Virus record (IMG/VR): IMGVR_UViG_3300011116_000920
Span: 4,368 to 68,367 of that record
DNA: 64,000 bases
Direction: 5' to 3' (one strand)
DNA from: a virus
This document shows positions 47,988 through 58,093 of this stretch, in pieces; position 1 is the stretch's first letter; the number at the start of each line of letters is the position of its first letter. The notes beneath the pieces are model-generated. The model worked only from the letters and a program-made list of their open reading frames with translations. It was not told the DNA's origin and searched no databases. The position numbers and the translations under genes were made by a program.

Positions 47988-48422
47988 ATGAAAAAAGTAT
48001 TTGTTTTTATGTTATTGTTTTATACTGTGAAAGGTTTTTCTCAGCATTTCATTTTAAATAATCCTGTTAGAAAATCAATTGACAGTATTATATGTGTGAC
48101 CATTGAGTACAAAAAAAGAGCTCCTGCTCCTTGTAGTATAGAAATGGATACTTACGAAGTTCCTATTTATATGATTAGGGTCGGCCTTTACGATAGAAAT
48201 ATAAAGTCGGGTCCAGAGATAATCAAAATAAAGTTAGGGATACAGAACTACTACTACTATGCTCGTATGTATAATTCGTACAACAAGGCTGTTATTGATT
48301 TAGGAAAACTAAAGAAAGCGGGATTTTGCGATGCGTTTATTACAGCGGCTCCTTTTGATATGAGAGGGTTCTCATTTTTTCCGGAGGGAGCTACTTTTTC
48401 AGACGAAACTCTTATTAAATAA
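47988..48422 (+). CDS. secreted protein with SPOR-like domain
   Basis: Signal peptide FS-Q; Y.IRVG.Y...Y..A......LKKAGFCDAFI. Confidence 0.6.
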   Translation: MKKVFVFMLLFYTVKGFSQHFILNNPVRKSIDSIICVTIEYKKRAPAPCSIEMDTYEVPIYMIRVGLYDRNIKSGPEIIKIKLGIQNYYYYARMYNSYNKAVIDLGKLKKAGFCDAFITAAPFDMRGFSFFPEGATFSDETLIK

Positions 48423-48464
48423 CACTAAGGCCTGCTTTTAGCGGGCCTTTTTAATTTAATTTTT

Positions 48465-48716
48465 ATGGAAACACCTTTAGAGCATATTTTATATTGGGCG
48501 GAAGCAAAAAAAGACCAGTACAGTGCTTTATCCAATGTCTCAAATGATCCTTCCTTTCATTTAGGTAGACTAGACGTAATGTTAGAACTAGTGTCTATAA
48601 TTTATAAAAAACTACCAGAAGAAAAGGAAATGATTGAAAATGCTTATGAAGATGGTAAAACGGGAAATGGTAGAGGTAGCCACTACTACGAATCCCTATT
48701 TAATCAAGATTCTTAA
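48465..48716 (+). CDS. hypothetical protein
   Basis: EKEMI.NAY.DG motif. Confidence 0.6.
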   Translation: METPLEHILYWAEAKKDQYSALSNVSNDPSFHLGRLDVMLELVSIIYKKLPEEKEMIENAYEDGKTGNGRGSHYYESLFNQDS

Positions 48717-49065
48717 GCAAATAAGTCGTTTGATATATTAAACTTGCTATTTCGTCACAGATATTCATCAAATAAGTATCTTTTGGAAGAGTCTTAGATT
48801 TACTTTCAACATATTTACTTAACATATCAAAGTATTTTATAATATCTTCATCTGTTTTTATATTGTATATACTACCAGGAACTTTTATATCTTTTATAAT
48901 TCCATATTTACCTTGATAAGACTCAGCTAATGTATCAACTAAATCAAGAATAGTATCGTAATATGATTGAAGAGCTTTATGCTTGGCAAAAGATGATGTT
49001 TGTAGATGGTAAATTCTCGTTTGAGTGCTAGAATGTAGTAAAAATCCGATGTATTCGTTTATCAT
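48700..49065 (-). CDS. Dps/ferritin-like protein (DUF5856-like)
   Basis: HLQT.SFAKHKAL..YYD...L.D..AE.YQG.YG. Confidence 0.75.
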   Translation of the reverse strand: MINEYIGFLLHSSTQTRIYHLQTSSFAKHKALQSYYDTILDLVDTLAESYQGKYGIIKDIKVPGSIYNIKTDEDIIKYFDMLSKYVESKSKTLPKDTYLMNICDEIASLIYQTTYLLKNLD

Positions 49066-49102
49066 AGTTTTTTTATATAAATATTATGTTTTATTATAAA
49101 AA

Positions 49103-49678
49103 TTAACTTCTCAAATAAAAATCTAACAATCTAACCAATACTTCTTCGTGGTCTACACACGCTTCTTTGTCCATTATATCGTTAAATGAATCTATAGTGG
49201 TATCATAATCATCGGCATCAAAGTTTATTTTTAGCGTCTTTAATTTATGTACGACAAGGGCATCCGGATCTTTCTCTTTAAACATGGAGTCTATGAACTT
49301 TCTATTAAAACCTAGCAAGTCGATATCCATTTCACTCTTTAGGATAATATCGAACTCTTCCTTTAGCATATCGTAATCCCATTCTCCGGAAAGCGCTATC
49401 TTGTTGTCTGCTATGATGAAAGCTCTTTTTTTATCATCAGTAAGGTGGGTAAGTCGTATTGTGGGAACCTCTTCAAGATTTAAATGTTTGGCTGCCATAA
49501 ATCTTCCATGTCCAGCTATAATTTCATTATCTTCGTCTATGATAATCGGATTAACGAAACCAAATTCTGCTATACTATTTGCAATCTTCTCTACTTGAGC
49601 TTCATTATGTATTCTCGAGTTATAATTTGATTCTTTTATTTCAGCAATGTCAACAATTTCTATATTTAATTTACTCAT
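49103..49678 (-). CDS. ParB/Srx N-terminal domain protein
   Basis: NSRIH..Q...I..SI.EFGF.NPI, IIAGHGR, ADNK. Confidence 0.85.
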   Translation of the reverse strand: MSKLNIEIVDIAEIKESNYNSRIHNEAQVEKIANSIAEFGFVNPIIIDEDNEIIAGHGRFMAAKHLNLEEVPTIRLTHLTDDKKRAFIIADNKIALSGEWDYDMLKEEFDIILKSEMDIDLLGFNRKFIDSMFKEKDPDALVVHKLKTLKINFDADDYDTTIDSFNDIMDKEACVDHEEVLVRLLDFYLRS

Positions 49679-50285
49679 GATGTCTTTCATTATAGTGTTC
49701 AATCAATAATCTTATAACTTCTGCGTTAGCTTTTATGTCGTTCTCATTCATCACTGTCTTGAATTTCTTCATCATGTTTGTATAATCTTCTATGTTATAT
49801 GAGAAGACAATGCTTTTTTTATTTTTAGATGCAGCAGAAGATTCAGATTTAGTTGCAGATAAGATGTCATCATCATTTTGGAAAGATTCATTTAACATTT
49901 CAAAATCCTCATAATCAAATCCCATGGCCATTGCATCTATGTCGACAGAATTGAGATATTCTAATTCATCGCTTAATTTTGTATAGTCCCATTCTCCTAA
50001 TTCTGTCAGTTTGTTATCTGCTATTGAGTAGGCTCTTATTTGATCATCTGTTAAATTTTCGATGCGGATGGCGGGTATAGCATCTATATGTAATGCCTTA
50101 GCTGCCAGGAATCGAGCATGTCCAGCAATAATCATGTTTTTCTTATCAATGAGGATAGGAATGTTAAATCCGAACTCTGTGATGCTCTTCATTAATTTTG
50201 CTATCTGTTCATCCGGATGTATCTTACTGTTTCTTGGATTCTCTGATAATCTATTTACATCTATATATTCAATCTTATTCTTCAT
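49671..50285 (-). CDS. ParB/Srx N-terminal domain protein
   Basis: NSKIH...SITEFGF..PI, IIAGHAR, ADNK. Confidence 0.85.
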   Translation of the reverse strand: MKNKIEYIDVNRLSENPRNSKIHPDEQIAKLMKSITEFGFNIPILIDKKNMIIAGHARFLAAKALHIDAIPAIRIENLTDDQIRAYSIADNKLTELGEWDYTKLSDELEYLNSVDIDAMAMGFDYEDFEMLNESFQNDDDILSATKSESSAASKNKKSIVFSYNIEDYTNMMKKFKTVMNENDIKANAEVIRLLIEHYNERHHE

Positions 50286-50592
50286 CTTTTAATGTTTGGG
50301 CTCTCCGTTGTCTATATATTTCTTTATCTTTTCTTTCTTCATATTTTTTTAAAGCTCTTATGTTTCCACTTTTAGCTTCTTCAAATAGTTTCATGTCTAT
50401 GACGTAGTCTGCTTTATCTATTCCTTTCTTGTATGCTCTATAGACTTCACTATTCTTATTGTAAAATTCATCTGTAAATGATTTCATATCAGATGTAGGA
50501 ATATCTAATACATTCATTATTTTTTCTAATGAGTATCCTAATGTTCCTACGCCTACTATTCTTCTTAGAAAGTCTTCATCATTAAAATTCAT
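50275..50592 (-). CDS. small helical protein, terminase-small-subunit-like
   Basis: GYS..I..L HTH then AYKKG...LF..AKSGN..A. Confidence 0.45.
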   Translation of the reverse strand: MNFNDEDFLRRIVGVGTLGYSLEKIMNVLDIPTSDMKSFTDEFYNKNSEVYRAYKKGIDKADYVIDMKLFEEAKSGNIRALKKYEERKDKEIYRQRRAQTLKDEE

Positions 50593-51113
50593 GTTTCTGG
50601 GTTTATGGATTGGTTTCTTAAATCTTTGTTCTTTACTCTTTCTTTATATGCTTTTTTCATTTTCATTGATTCATTCTTTGATTCTTCCCATTGTGCTCCT
50701 AGTATCTGATGCATCCATTTCCAATAATCCCCGCCCTTTTTTTTGACTAGCCATTTCTCATACTCTGATCTCCTCAATACATCCTCTTTCCTACATTCCT
50801 TGATAAAGACATCATAAATGAATGCTTCATCTTTTTTCATCTTTTCATGTCTTCCGAATGGGAAATAATAATACATGGCATCAATTAGAAAATAAATTCT
50901 ATCTGCGGAAGAAATGTCATTAAATGTTTTAGAATCTACGACAAATGCAAACAATCCTTTAATAGCATTTAGATGTAGTTTATCCCTGCGACGAATTAAC
51001 CTATCACTATAATCAGCACCTTCCTCTGCTATAATCTGCAAGTATTTATGAAAGTTGTCTAAGTCTTTTCGTAAATATCTTCTCAAATAATCGGTAATGA
51101 TAATACCACTCAT
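50589..51113 (-). CDS. hypothetical protein
   Basis: ORF in operon. Confidence 0.6.
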   Translation of the reverse strand: MSGIIITDYLRRYLRKDLDNFHKYLQIIAEEGADYSDRLIRRRDKLHLNAIKGLFAFVVDSKTFNDISSADRIYFLIDAMYYYFPFGRHEKMKKDEAFIYDVFIKECRKEDVLRRSEYEKWLVKKKGGDYWKWMHQILGAQWEESKNESMKMKKAYKERVKNKDLRNQSINPET

Positions 51114-51119
51114 GTAAAA

Positions 51120-51428
51120 CTATTTTTTAAATCCTCTGAAAAAACTTAGTGTAGCATCTTTTAATTTATGTAATATAGATTTTTCCTCTTGTTTTGCTTT
51201 TTTAATGGAGTCCACTATCTTTGATACACCTTCAGTAACTATAACTTTTTCTCCCTGCGAAGTATTTACCTTGAGTTTATACACATGCTCCGGAGAGATT
51301 GTAGTTCTAAATCCCGAAGCATCCTCTCTTGTCTTATTTACAGGAGATGCTTTCTTTTTCTTTTGAACTTCTTGATTCGTTTTTACTTCTTTTTTTGAAT
51401 CTATTTCTGTTTTTCTAGGTCTGCCCAT
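51120..51428 (-). CDS. basic protein with AT-hook-like GRPRK
   Basis: N-terminal MGRPRK. Confidence 0.55.
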   Translation of the reverse strand: MGRPRKTEIDSKKEVKTNQEVQKKKKASPVNKTREDASGFRTTISPEHVYKLKVNTSQGEKVIVTEGVSKIVDSIKKAKQEEKSILHKLKDATLSFFRGFKK

Positions 51429-51494
51429 AATTATAGGTTTTTATTATAAATAGTGTTATTTTGCTATAAACTTACCTTTTTATATAATTACACA

Positions 51495-52172
51495 TTAATA
51501 TCGATTATTTGTTAAGGGTTTTAAATTGTAGTATAATTCTAAATCTTTTTCCGCTAAACATTTTATTAATCTTTTAGATCCTTCACTATGATTTAATTTA
51601 TGTGAATCTGATGTATTCAATCTTTTTAATTCTGTAAATGGTATATTTAATTTATTGCATATATCCCTAAAGTCCTCATCTAAAAATTCTGTTCGTCCTA
51701 TAAAATTAATTGGCTTATCTATCCATGATATTTGAGTTACATGACTATCCATTATATTTTCATTTATAGCAGGGTAGAACCAAAAATCATTTAGTAATTG
51801 AATTATCATTACATGCTTCTCGTATAATGTGTCATTTACAGGCTCCGGGAGAGTGTTATCATCTGTCAAAACCAAACCTAAATTTTTTTTTGCTAGTTCA
51901 CTGTTTTTATCCCATGAATAATTTAAAAGATCTGAATAATATGATTTGTACCACTGATAAGGTTCGCGTATGAAGGTAAATTTATAGTAAGAATTCCATA
52001 TTGTATGACCATATTTTTCTAACAGCTGTGAACATGTTTCGTGTCCATACGGAGGTTTGTCGTCCGATGAAATACAATCCGGATCAACTTCTTTTAAATA
52101 AGTCTCTACGCTAGTTGAACCAGTCTTAGGAATTCTTACGAAGATACATTTATATTTATGAGATATAATCAT
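51495..52172 (-). CDS. sulfotransferase family 2 protein
   Basis: FVRIPKTGSTS (5'-PSB), FIREPY..YKSYY (3'-PB). Confidence 0.85.
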   Translation of the reverse strand: MIISHKYKCIFVRIPKTGSTSVETYLKEVDPDCISSDDKPPYGHETCSQLLEKYGHTIWNSYYKFTFIREPYQWYKSYYSDLLNYSWDKNSELAKKNLGLVLTDDNTLPEPVNDTLYEKHVMIIQLLNDFWFYPAINENIMDSHVTQISWIDKPINFIGRTEFLDEDFRDICNKLNIPFTELKRLNTSDSHKLNHSEGSKRLIKCLAEKDLELYYNLKPLTNNRY

Positions 52173-52284
52173 AATAAACAGGTCTATAAACAATTATTTA
52201 ACGTAAAAATAAAAAAATAGTTGCGTAAGTTAATTGTTTTTGTTATATTTGTACTTATTATTTATTTTTAAACATGAACATACT

Positions 52285-52863
52285 ATGGAAACTATTTTTA
52301 GACTGAGATTTAAAGCGGAAAAAAGTTTTGCGGAATTAAAGAAAGGTGAAATTATTGAAGTATTTGAAAACATATTCGATACCGACGATAAAGATTTGGG
52401 ATATGTATATGCGGGAACACCTAGGGGATTCTCTCTTGAGTCCTGTGATGCGTGGACGGGCTTTAGAGACTCTCTAGGGAATCGAATCTATGAAAATGAT
52501 AACATACTAAGCAGATTCCTTGGAGACGATTACAAGCTATATATAAAGCTAGAAAGGGTAAGGTGGAATCCGGTTACTTTACAATTTTTTTGCGGGGACT
52601 ATCCATTATATAGATACCAAGAAATCAAAAGATTAAATATCATTAGTAATATAACAAAAGATAAATTTAATGAGATACAAAAAATTATAGGACATAATTT
52701 CTCAAATGAAGATTTAACTCATTTAATATGCCCTTTTGAAGTCATGGGAAATATTTACGACCTATCAAAAGATATAGATGGCAAAGAAGATAAATTCTAC
52801 CTACCACCAAGTAAAAAGATTAGAAATCCAAAAAAATCAGAAACGTATGACCCAGTGATTTAA
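52285..52863 (+). CDS. YopX-family protein
   Basis: WTGFRD..G..IYEND...EVMGNIYD. Confidence 0.7.
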   Translation: METIFRLRFKAEKSFAELKKGEIIEVFENIFDTDDKDLGYVYAGTPRGFSLESCDAWTGFRDSLGNRIYENDNILSRFLGDDYKLYIKLERVRWNPVTLQFFCGDYPLYRYQEIKRLNIISNITKDKFNEIQKIIGHNFSNEDLTHLICPFEVMGNIYDLSKDIDGKEDKFYLPPSKKIRNPKKSETYDPVI

Positions 52864-53744
52864 ATACTTCTTATCATATCAATCATTTCATCCTGAGGGA
52901 AAATATCCCACTTGCCGGACATAATAACGTTTGTATGAGAAAATACTCCTTTTACAAGACCTTTCTTTACATCATCTTTATAGTCTAAAGCTAAGAACGG
53001 ATCTTGTGAATTAAAATAAGTGTGTAATCCTCCTTTTAAATCTATAGAGTGGTCATTAGATATTTTTATAAGTAATTTTTTCAATGCAGATATTTGATTG
53101 TCAGAATACCTATGAAAATGTCTAAACCCTCTAAAATCTTTTTTTAATGTGACTACTTGACTAGGGTCTACTTCTCTTTTTGTGTAAGTATAGAATTTAG
53201 TACCTTCTTTTGTTAAATATCCAAAGTTGCAAAGTTCTATACCTACAGATCTTAAGTGCATATAAGTAGCTCCGATTCCTAAATGATATGCGTAGTATTC
53301 TTTAGGGAAGGCCTCCACTATTACACCGTCGTATTTATGAGAAACATTTGTAACATTCTGCCCACCGATAACATATTGAGTTCCTATCCTGCCTCTAGTA
53401 TCCGTAGCCCATCCATGAATAACATTATACGGATTATCCCAACCTGCTGTGTGGTGTAAGAATATATACTCCTTTTTTGTTTCTGTCTTTATATACTCTT
53501 TATCCGGCATGTGTCTTCGGTCAATAACTAAGTCTCCGGATACTTCTACTCTACTTAAAAAATCAGTAGTTAGTTCCCCTTCAAAAATAAGATTAACAGT
53601 ATAATTATCTAATTTTCCGTCGGGGTAAACCTCATTATTTCTTTGAACATTCTTTACCGCAGCTTCTGTCAACGGGTCATATTGTCCAGTTTTACTAAAT
53701 CCAAAATACTCTTGAATTCTTTTTATTAAATCCATGTCTTGCAT
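52860..53744 (-). CDS. endolysin: peptidoglycan-binding domain plus N-acetylmuramoyl-L-alanine amidase
   Basis: G.YDP.TEAAVK..Q...DG; LHHTAG, YHLG, SVGIE, SH...K.D. Confidence 0.85.
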   Translation of the reverse strand: MQDMDLIKRIQEYFGFSKTGQYDPLTEAAVKNVQRNNEVYPDGKLDNYTVNLIFEGELTTDFLSRVEVSGDLVIDRRHMPDKEYIKTETKKEYIFLHHTAGWDNPYNVIHGWATDTRGRIGTQYVIGGQNVTNVSHKYDGVIVEAFPKEYYAYHLGIGATYMHLRSVGIELCNFGYLTKEGTKFYTYTKREVDPSQVVTLKKDFRGFRHFHRYSDNQISALKKLLIKISNDHSIDLKGGLHTYFNSQDPFLALDYKDDVKKGLVKGVFSHTNVIMSGKWDIFPQDEMIDMIRSI

Positions 53745-53786
53745 TTTATTACATTGTTTCAATCCCAAAAAAATATAAACAACATC

Positions 53787-54320
53787 TTATCTCTTTCCTA
53801 TTGACATAGCGGCACCAACCAATCTGCCAATACCTCCAACTTTTCCACTCTTAGGCTTTCTACTATAATACCCTTCATCTGTCTTCTTAAATGCATTAGA
53901 ATCATTCTCTAATTCATTTGACATATATTGACATAGGGTTGTCATGTAATCGTGAGCTTTAGTTATTTTAGATTCAACCCATTCTGGTAAATCATCTCTT
54001 TCATTTATCATCTTGTGAATCTCTAAAGCATATTTCATAATATCTTTAGCCTGGTTTTTTGCCATTCTACCTTCTTCTGCATTTTCTCCATCATTAGGTT
54101 TTACATCTGGCATTACATTTTCTTTTTTCATGTTTAATAATTCTCTTAGTTCATCAATATCTTCTTTTGTTAATTTAGTATATTTGTCGATTTCCTTATC
54201 TGACATATCTTTAGCTGCATCTTCTACATTTTTTCCTACATCTGCTGCGGACATTTTCTTATCTTTATAGGCTTTTACTATTTGAAAGAATTTTTGCTGT
54301 TTTTCTGATTTTGCTGGCAT
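53787..54320 (-). CDS. probable virion-associated protein (MPAKS.KQQ family)
   Basis: MPAKSEKQQKFF; MAK.Q...LPEWV.SKIT.A.DY seen in large phages. Confidence 0.6.
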   Translation of the reverse strand: MPAKSEKQQKFFQIVKAYKDKKMSAADVGKNVEDAAKDMSDKEIDKYTKLTKEDIDELRELLNMKKENVMPDVKPNDGENAEEGRMAKNQAKDIMKYALEIHKMINERDDLPEWVESKITKAHDYMTTLCQYMSNELENDSNAFKKTDEGYYSRKPKSGKVGGIGRLVGAAMSIGKR

Positions 54321-54340
54321 TTTGTTTTGTTTTTAATTTT

Positions 54341-55330
54341 TTATGCTAAACATATACTTGTTACTGATTTATTGTATTCTTCTGTGCTTGTTACAATTCC
54401 TGAAGACCTACCTGCTGCTACAAATGCAACACTTTGTGTTCCTGAACCTTCAAGTCTATATCTTGCAGTTATCATTGCACCCCCTGCTGACCAAGATGTT
54501 CCATTGTATTCTTCTGTGCAAGATACAAATGTACCTGAAAAACCTCCTGCAACAAGTGCTGCGTTTTGCGTTCCTGCTCCTGCCATTTCAGCTGCAAATG
54601 AGAACATTCTATTACCCCCTGCTGACCAAGATGTTCCATTGTATTCTTCTGTTGCACCTGTGTTAAAACTTGTTATTCCTCCTGCGGCAAGACCTTCATT
54701 TTGTGTTCCTGCTCCTGCTAAACCATATCTTGCTGTTATCAATGTACCACCTTCTGACCAAGATGTGCCATCATATTCTTCTGTGCAAGAAACCCTTACA
54801 TTTCCATAACCTCCTACTGCAAGTCCTGCATTTTGTGTTCCTGCACCTGCTAACTTATACCTTGCAATTGACAATGAACCACCTGCTGACCAACTTGTAC
54901 CATTGTATTCTTCTGAATTAGCAATACGAGTAATATTGTCAGATAAGAGTCCACCAAAAACAAGAGCCTCATTTTGTGTACCCGTTCCTGCTAAACCAAA
55001 TCTTGCTGTTGCCAATGTACCACCTGCTGACCAAGATGTGCCATTATATTCTTCTGAAGAAGGTGAATTAAACCCACCCATTATAAGTCCAACATTTTGA
55101 GTTCCTGCTGCTGCAGGACCATCTTTTAAATTTATTAAAAAACCACCTGTTGACCAACTACCTGCTCCATACACAACACAACAAGACTTACCATATAATT
55201 CAGAAATACCATCAGGAGATGTTAAATTTGCACAAGCGGAATATGCCCGTAATCCTACATTTGAACATGCGTTTCCTAATTCTGCTGCTAATTGTGAAAA
55301 TGATATTTGTCCGCTTGATGGTAAAGGCAT
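54341..55330 (-). CDS. Kelch-like beta-propeller virion/tail protein
   Basis: Six repeats of TEEYNGTSWSAGG.L.TARY.LAGAGTQN.GL..GG; N-terminal LPSSGQISFS. Confidence 0.8.
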   Translation of the reverse strand: MPLPSSGQISFSQLAAELGNACSNVGLRAYSACANLTSPDGISELYGKSCCVVYGAGSWSTGGFLINLKDGPAAAGTQNVGLIMGGFNSPSSEEYNGTSWSAGGTLATARFGLAGTGTQNEALVFGGLLSDNITRIANSEEYNGTSWSAGGSLSIARYKLAGAGTQNAGLAVGGYGNVRVSCTEEYDGTSWSEGGTLITARYGLAGAGTQNEGLAAGGITSFNTGATEEYNGTSWSAGGNRMFSFAAEMAGAGTQNAALVAGGFSGTFVSCTEEYNGTSWSAGGAMITARYRLEGSGTQSVAFVAAGRSSGIVTSTEEYNKSVTSICLA

Positions 55331-55331
55331 G

Positions 55332-56696
55332 TTATTTTTCTTTTATTATTTTTATTTCATTACTTAATTCATTTATACATTCTATAAGTAATGGAATTAT
55401 CTTTTCATATCTAACTGCATAATATCCACTATCATTTATTCTTAATGCTTGTGGTAAAACATATTCTAAATCTTGAGCAATCACACCAACATCATTTCCC
55501 TCATAACCATGTATATTAAAATGTTCTTTTATCCAATCAAATTCAACTCCATTTAATTTTGATAATTTTTCAATAGGATTTTCAATTTTTTTTATGTTTT
55601 CTTTTAATCTTCTATCTGATGTTGAAAATGCTACAATATCATTACTTGCATCTATTCTGCCATCTGTTGCACTATTTGCTATGTTTCCCCCCACTGAAAT
55701 TGAACCTGCTGTTATTTTTAAATCACCTGCAACAACTGTTAATGTTGTACCATCAAATGTCAAATTAGATTCCGCATTTATTGTTGTAGAAGATACTGAT
55801 GTTAATACTCTATTGTCGGCAGGATTTGTGTATGATGTTATACCCGCACTTGCTCCTGTTGCACCTTGTGCTCCTGTTGTACCTTGTAAACCTGTAGGGC
55901 CTTGGTTACCTTTAGCACCTTTAGTGCCATTTGTTCCCTCTGTACCTTGTATACCTGTAGGGCCTTGATTACCTTGAGCTCCTTGGTTACCTTGAGCACC
56001 GTTAGTACCTACTGTTCCGTTAGTGCCTTGTAATCCAGTTGGTCCTTGATTACCTTGTGCTCCTGTTGTACCCTGTAAACCTGTAGGACCTTGGTTACCT
56101 TGTAATCCAGTTGGTCCTTGATTACCTTGTGCTCCTGTTGTACCCTGTAAACCTGTAGGACCTTGGTTACCTTGTAATCCAGTTGGTCCTTGATTACCTT
56201 GAGCTCCTGTTGTACCTTGAATTCCTGTAGGCCCTTGATTACCTTGAGCTCCTTGGTTACCTTGAGCACCGTTAGTACCTACTGTTCCATTAGTTCCTTG
56301 TAGACCTGTCGGCCCTTGGTTACCTTGAGCTCCTTGGTTACCCTGTGTTCCTTGGTTTCCCTGTGTACCTTGAGCACCCGTTAAAGATAAATTACTTCTA
56401 TATACCAAGCCACCATTACCATCTACTAACACTATATTAGTCTCCGAAGTACCTTGTGGTATAGTAGGTAGTTTTATACTTCCTGTGAATGAGCCTGACA
56501 GTGTTGTTGCTTTAAGTTGTCCTTGTACTGCTATACTACCTGTTACTACTAATTTTTTGGTGGGATTATTAGTTCCTATTCCTACATTACCTGTATTAGA
56601 TATGTATAAGTAGTTATCATTTACTCTTAGTGGTGTTACAGCTAAGCTAGATGATATGGATAGTGAGCCTGATAAGTTTATTCTGTCTATTCTCAT
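55332..56696 (-). CDS. collagen-like tail fibre with C-terminal S74 intramolecular chaperone
   Basis: Long Gly-X-Y run; SDRRLKENI...GVIAQD...VRYEKIIPLLIE.I.EL. Confidence 0.88.
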   Translation of the reverse strand: MRIDRINLSGSLSISSSLAVTPLRVNDNYLYISNTGNVGIGTNNPTKKLVVTGSIAVQGQLKATTLSGSFTGSIKLPTIPQGTSETNIVLVDGNGGLVYRSNLSLTGAQGTQGNQGTQGNQGAQGNQGPTGLQGTNGTVGTNGAQGNQGAQGNQGPTGIQGTTGAQGNQGPTGLQGNQGPTGLQGTTGAQGNQGPTGLQGNQGPTGLQGTTGAQGNQGPTGLQGTNGTVGTNGAQGNQGAQGNQGPTGIQGTEGTNGTKGAKGNQGPTGLQGTTGAQGATGASAGITSYTNPADNRVLTSVSSTTINAESNLTFDGTTLTVVAGDLKITAGSISVGGNIANSATDGRIDASNDIVAFSTSDRRLKENIKKIENPIEKLSKLNGVEFDWIKEHFNIHGYEGNDVGVIAQDLEYVLPQALRINDSGYYAVRYEKIIPLLIECINELSNEIKIIKEK

Positions 56697-56743
56697 TTTT
56701 TATGGTTCTTCTTTCCCAAAATTTTATGGCATTTTATTTTGTT

Positions 56744-57079
56744 TTATGTGTTAGAGCTTCCACTTGGTATTGGTATCCATGGCGGACTAGATTGTACTAT
56801 TTTAGGATTTTCTATATTGTCTATTGAATTAATTAAAGTGCTTTGTAAACTATTAATATCTAAACTCCCACTTATCCATCCAATTACTATATTCTCTTGC
56901 AACTCATCAAATGGTACAAAAATAGATTCAGGAGGATTTAACTCTGTATTTCCTCCTATTCCCGTTGATATAGTACCTTTTGTTGCTTCATAATTCCAAT
57001 AGACTTTATTAACTACTTTTTCGTAATTATTGTATGTAGGTATGTACTCTAATCTTGTTATTTTTATTTTATATTTCAT
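56744..57079 (-). CDS. tail fibre-associated small protein
   Basis: FVPFDEL....V.GW...PPW; lies between fibre genes. Confidence 0.6.
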   Translation of the reverse strand: MKYKIKITRLEYIPTYNNYEKVVNKVYWNYEATKGTISTGIGGNTELNPPESIFVPFDELQENIVIGWISGSLDINSLQSTLINSIDNIENPKIVQSSPPWIPIPSGSSNT

Positions 57080-57085
57080 TGTTAT

Positions 57086-58054
57086 TTAATTTATAGCTAT
57101 CCAATTAATAGGTACAAGATTGGGATTTGAACGGTAGAAACTAAAAGAAGTTGTAGAAATTGAGTGTACCGATATATATTGTTGGACTGAATATTCCACA
57201 ATAGCAACAACAGTAGGAGTCGATGAAAAAGAAGTGGGGAAAGTAATAGTACCAGATTGACCTGCATTAGGGTAAACTCCAAAAAGTATTTTATTTACTC
57301 CTGATAATATTCCTGCTGCACCTTGAGCTCCCGTTGCTCCTTGAGCACCTGTTGAACCATTAGTACCTGCTGTACCCTGTAAACCTGTAGGGCCTTGATT
57401 ACCTTGAGCACCTGTTGAACCATTACTACCTGCTGTACCTTGTAATCCTTTTGGGCCTTGATTACCTTGAGCGCCTTTTGAACCCTGCGAACCTTTTGGG
57501 CCTTGGTTACCTTGTGGGCCTTGGTTGCCTTGAGCTCCTGTTGAACCCTGCAAACCTGTAGGGCCTTGGTTACCTTGTGGGCCTTGGTTGCCTTGAGCTC
57601 CTGTTGAACCATTACTACCTGCTATACCTTGTAAACCTGTTGGGCCTTGATTACCTTGAGCTCCCGTTGCTCCTTGTGCACCGTTAACTCCTATAGTACC
57701 ATTAGTTCCTTGAAAACCTTGAGCACCTTGAGCTCCTGTTAAAGATAAGTTACTTCTATATACTAGACCTCCATTCCCATCTACTAATACTATATTTGTT
57801 TCGGAAGTACCTTGTGGTATAGTTGGTAATTTTATGCTTCCTGTGAATGAACCTGATAGTGTTGTTGCTCTAAGTTGTCCTTGTACTGCTATACTACCTG
57901 TTACAACTAATTTTGAAGTAGGTGTTTTTGTCCCTATTCCTACATTACCAGTGTTTGAAACAAATAAAAAATTATCGTTTACCCTTAAAGGGTTTGTGGC
58001 TAAGCTTGATGATATTGATAAAGAACCTGTTAACTCTATTTGGTCTATTCTCAT
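57086..58054 (-). CDS. collagen-like tail fibre with C-terminal gp53/H-type-lectin-like domain
   Basis: N-terminus near-identical to the 55332 fibre; Gly-X-Y run; ITFPTSFSSTPTVV...WIA. Confidence 0.85.
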   Translation of the reverse strand: MRIDQIELTGSLSISSSLATNPLRVNDNFLFVSNTGNVGIGTKTPTSKLVVTGSIAVQGQLRATTLSGSFTGSIKLPTIPQGTSETNIVLVDGNGGLVYRSNLSLTGAQGAQGFQGTNGTIGVNGAQGATGAQGNQGPTGLQGIAGSNGSTGAQGNQGPQGNQGPTGLQGSTGAQGNQGPQGNQGPKGSQGSKGAQGNQGPKGLQGTAGSNGSTGAQGNQGPTGLQGTAGTNGSTGAQGATGAQGAAGILSGVNKILFGVYPNAGQSGTITFPTSFSSTPTVVAIVEYSVQQYISVHSISTTSFSFYRSNPNLVPINWIAIN

Positions 58055-58093
58055 TACTTATCTGTTATTACTTATAAATATGTAGTAACTAAG

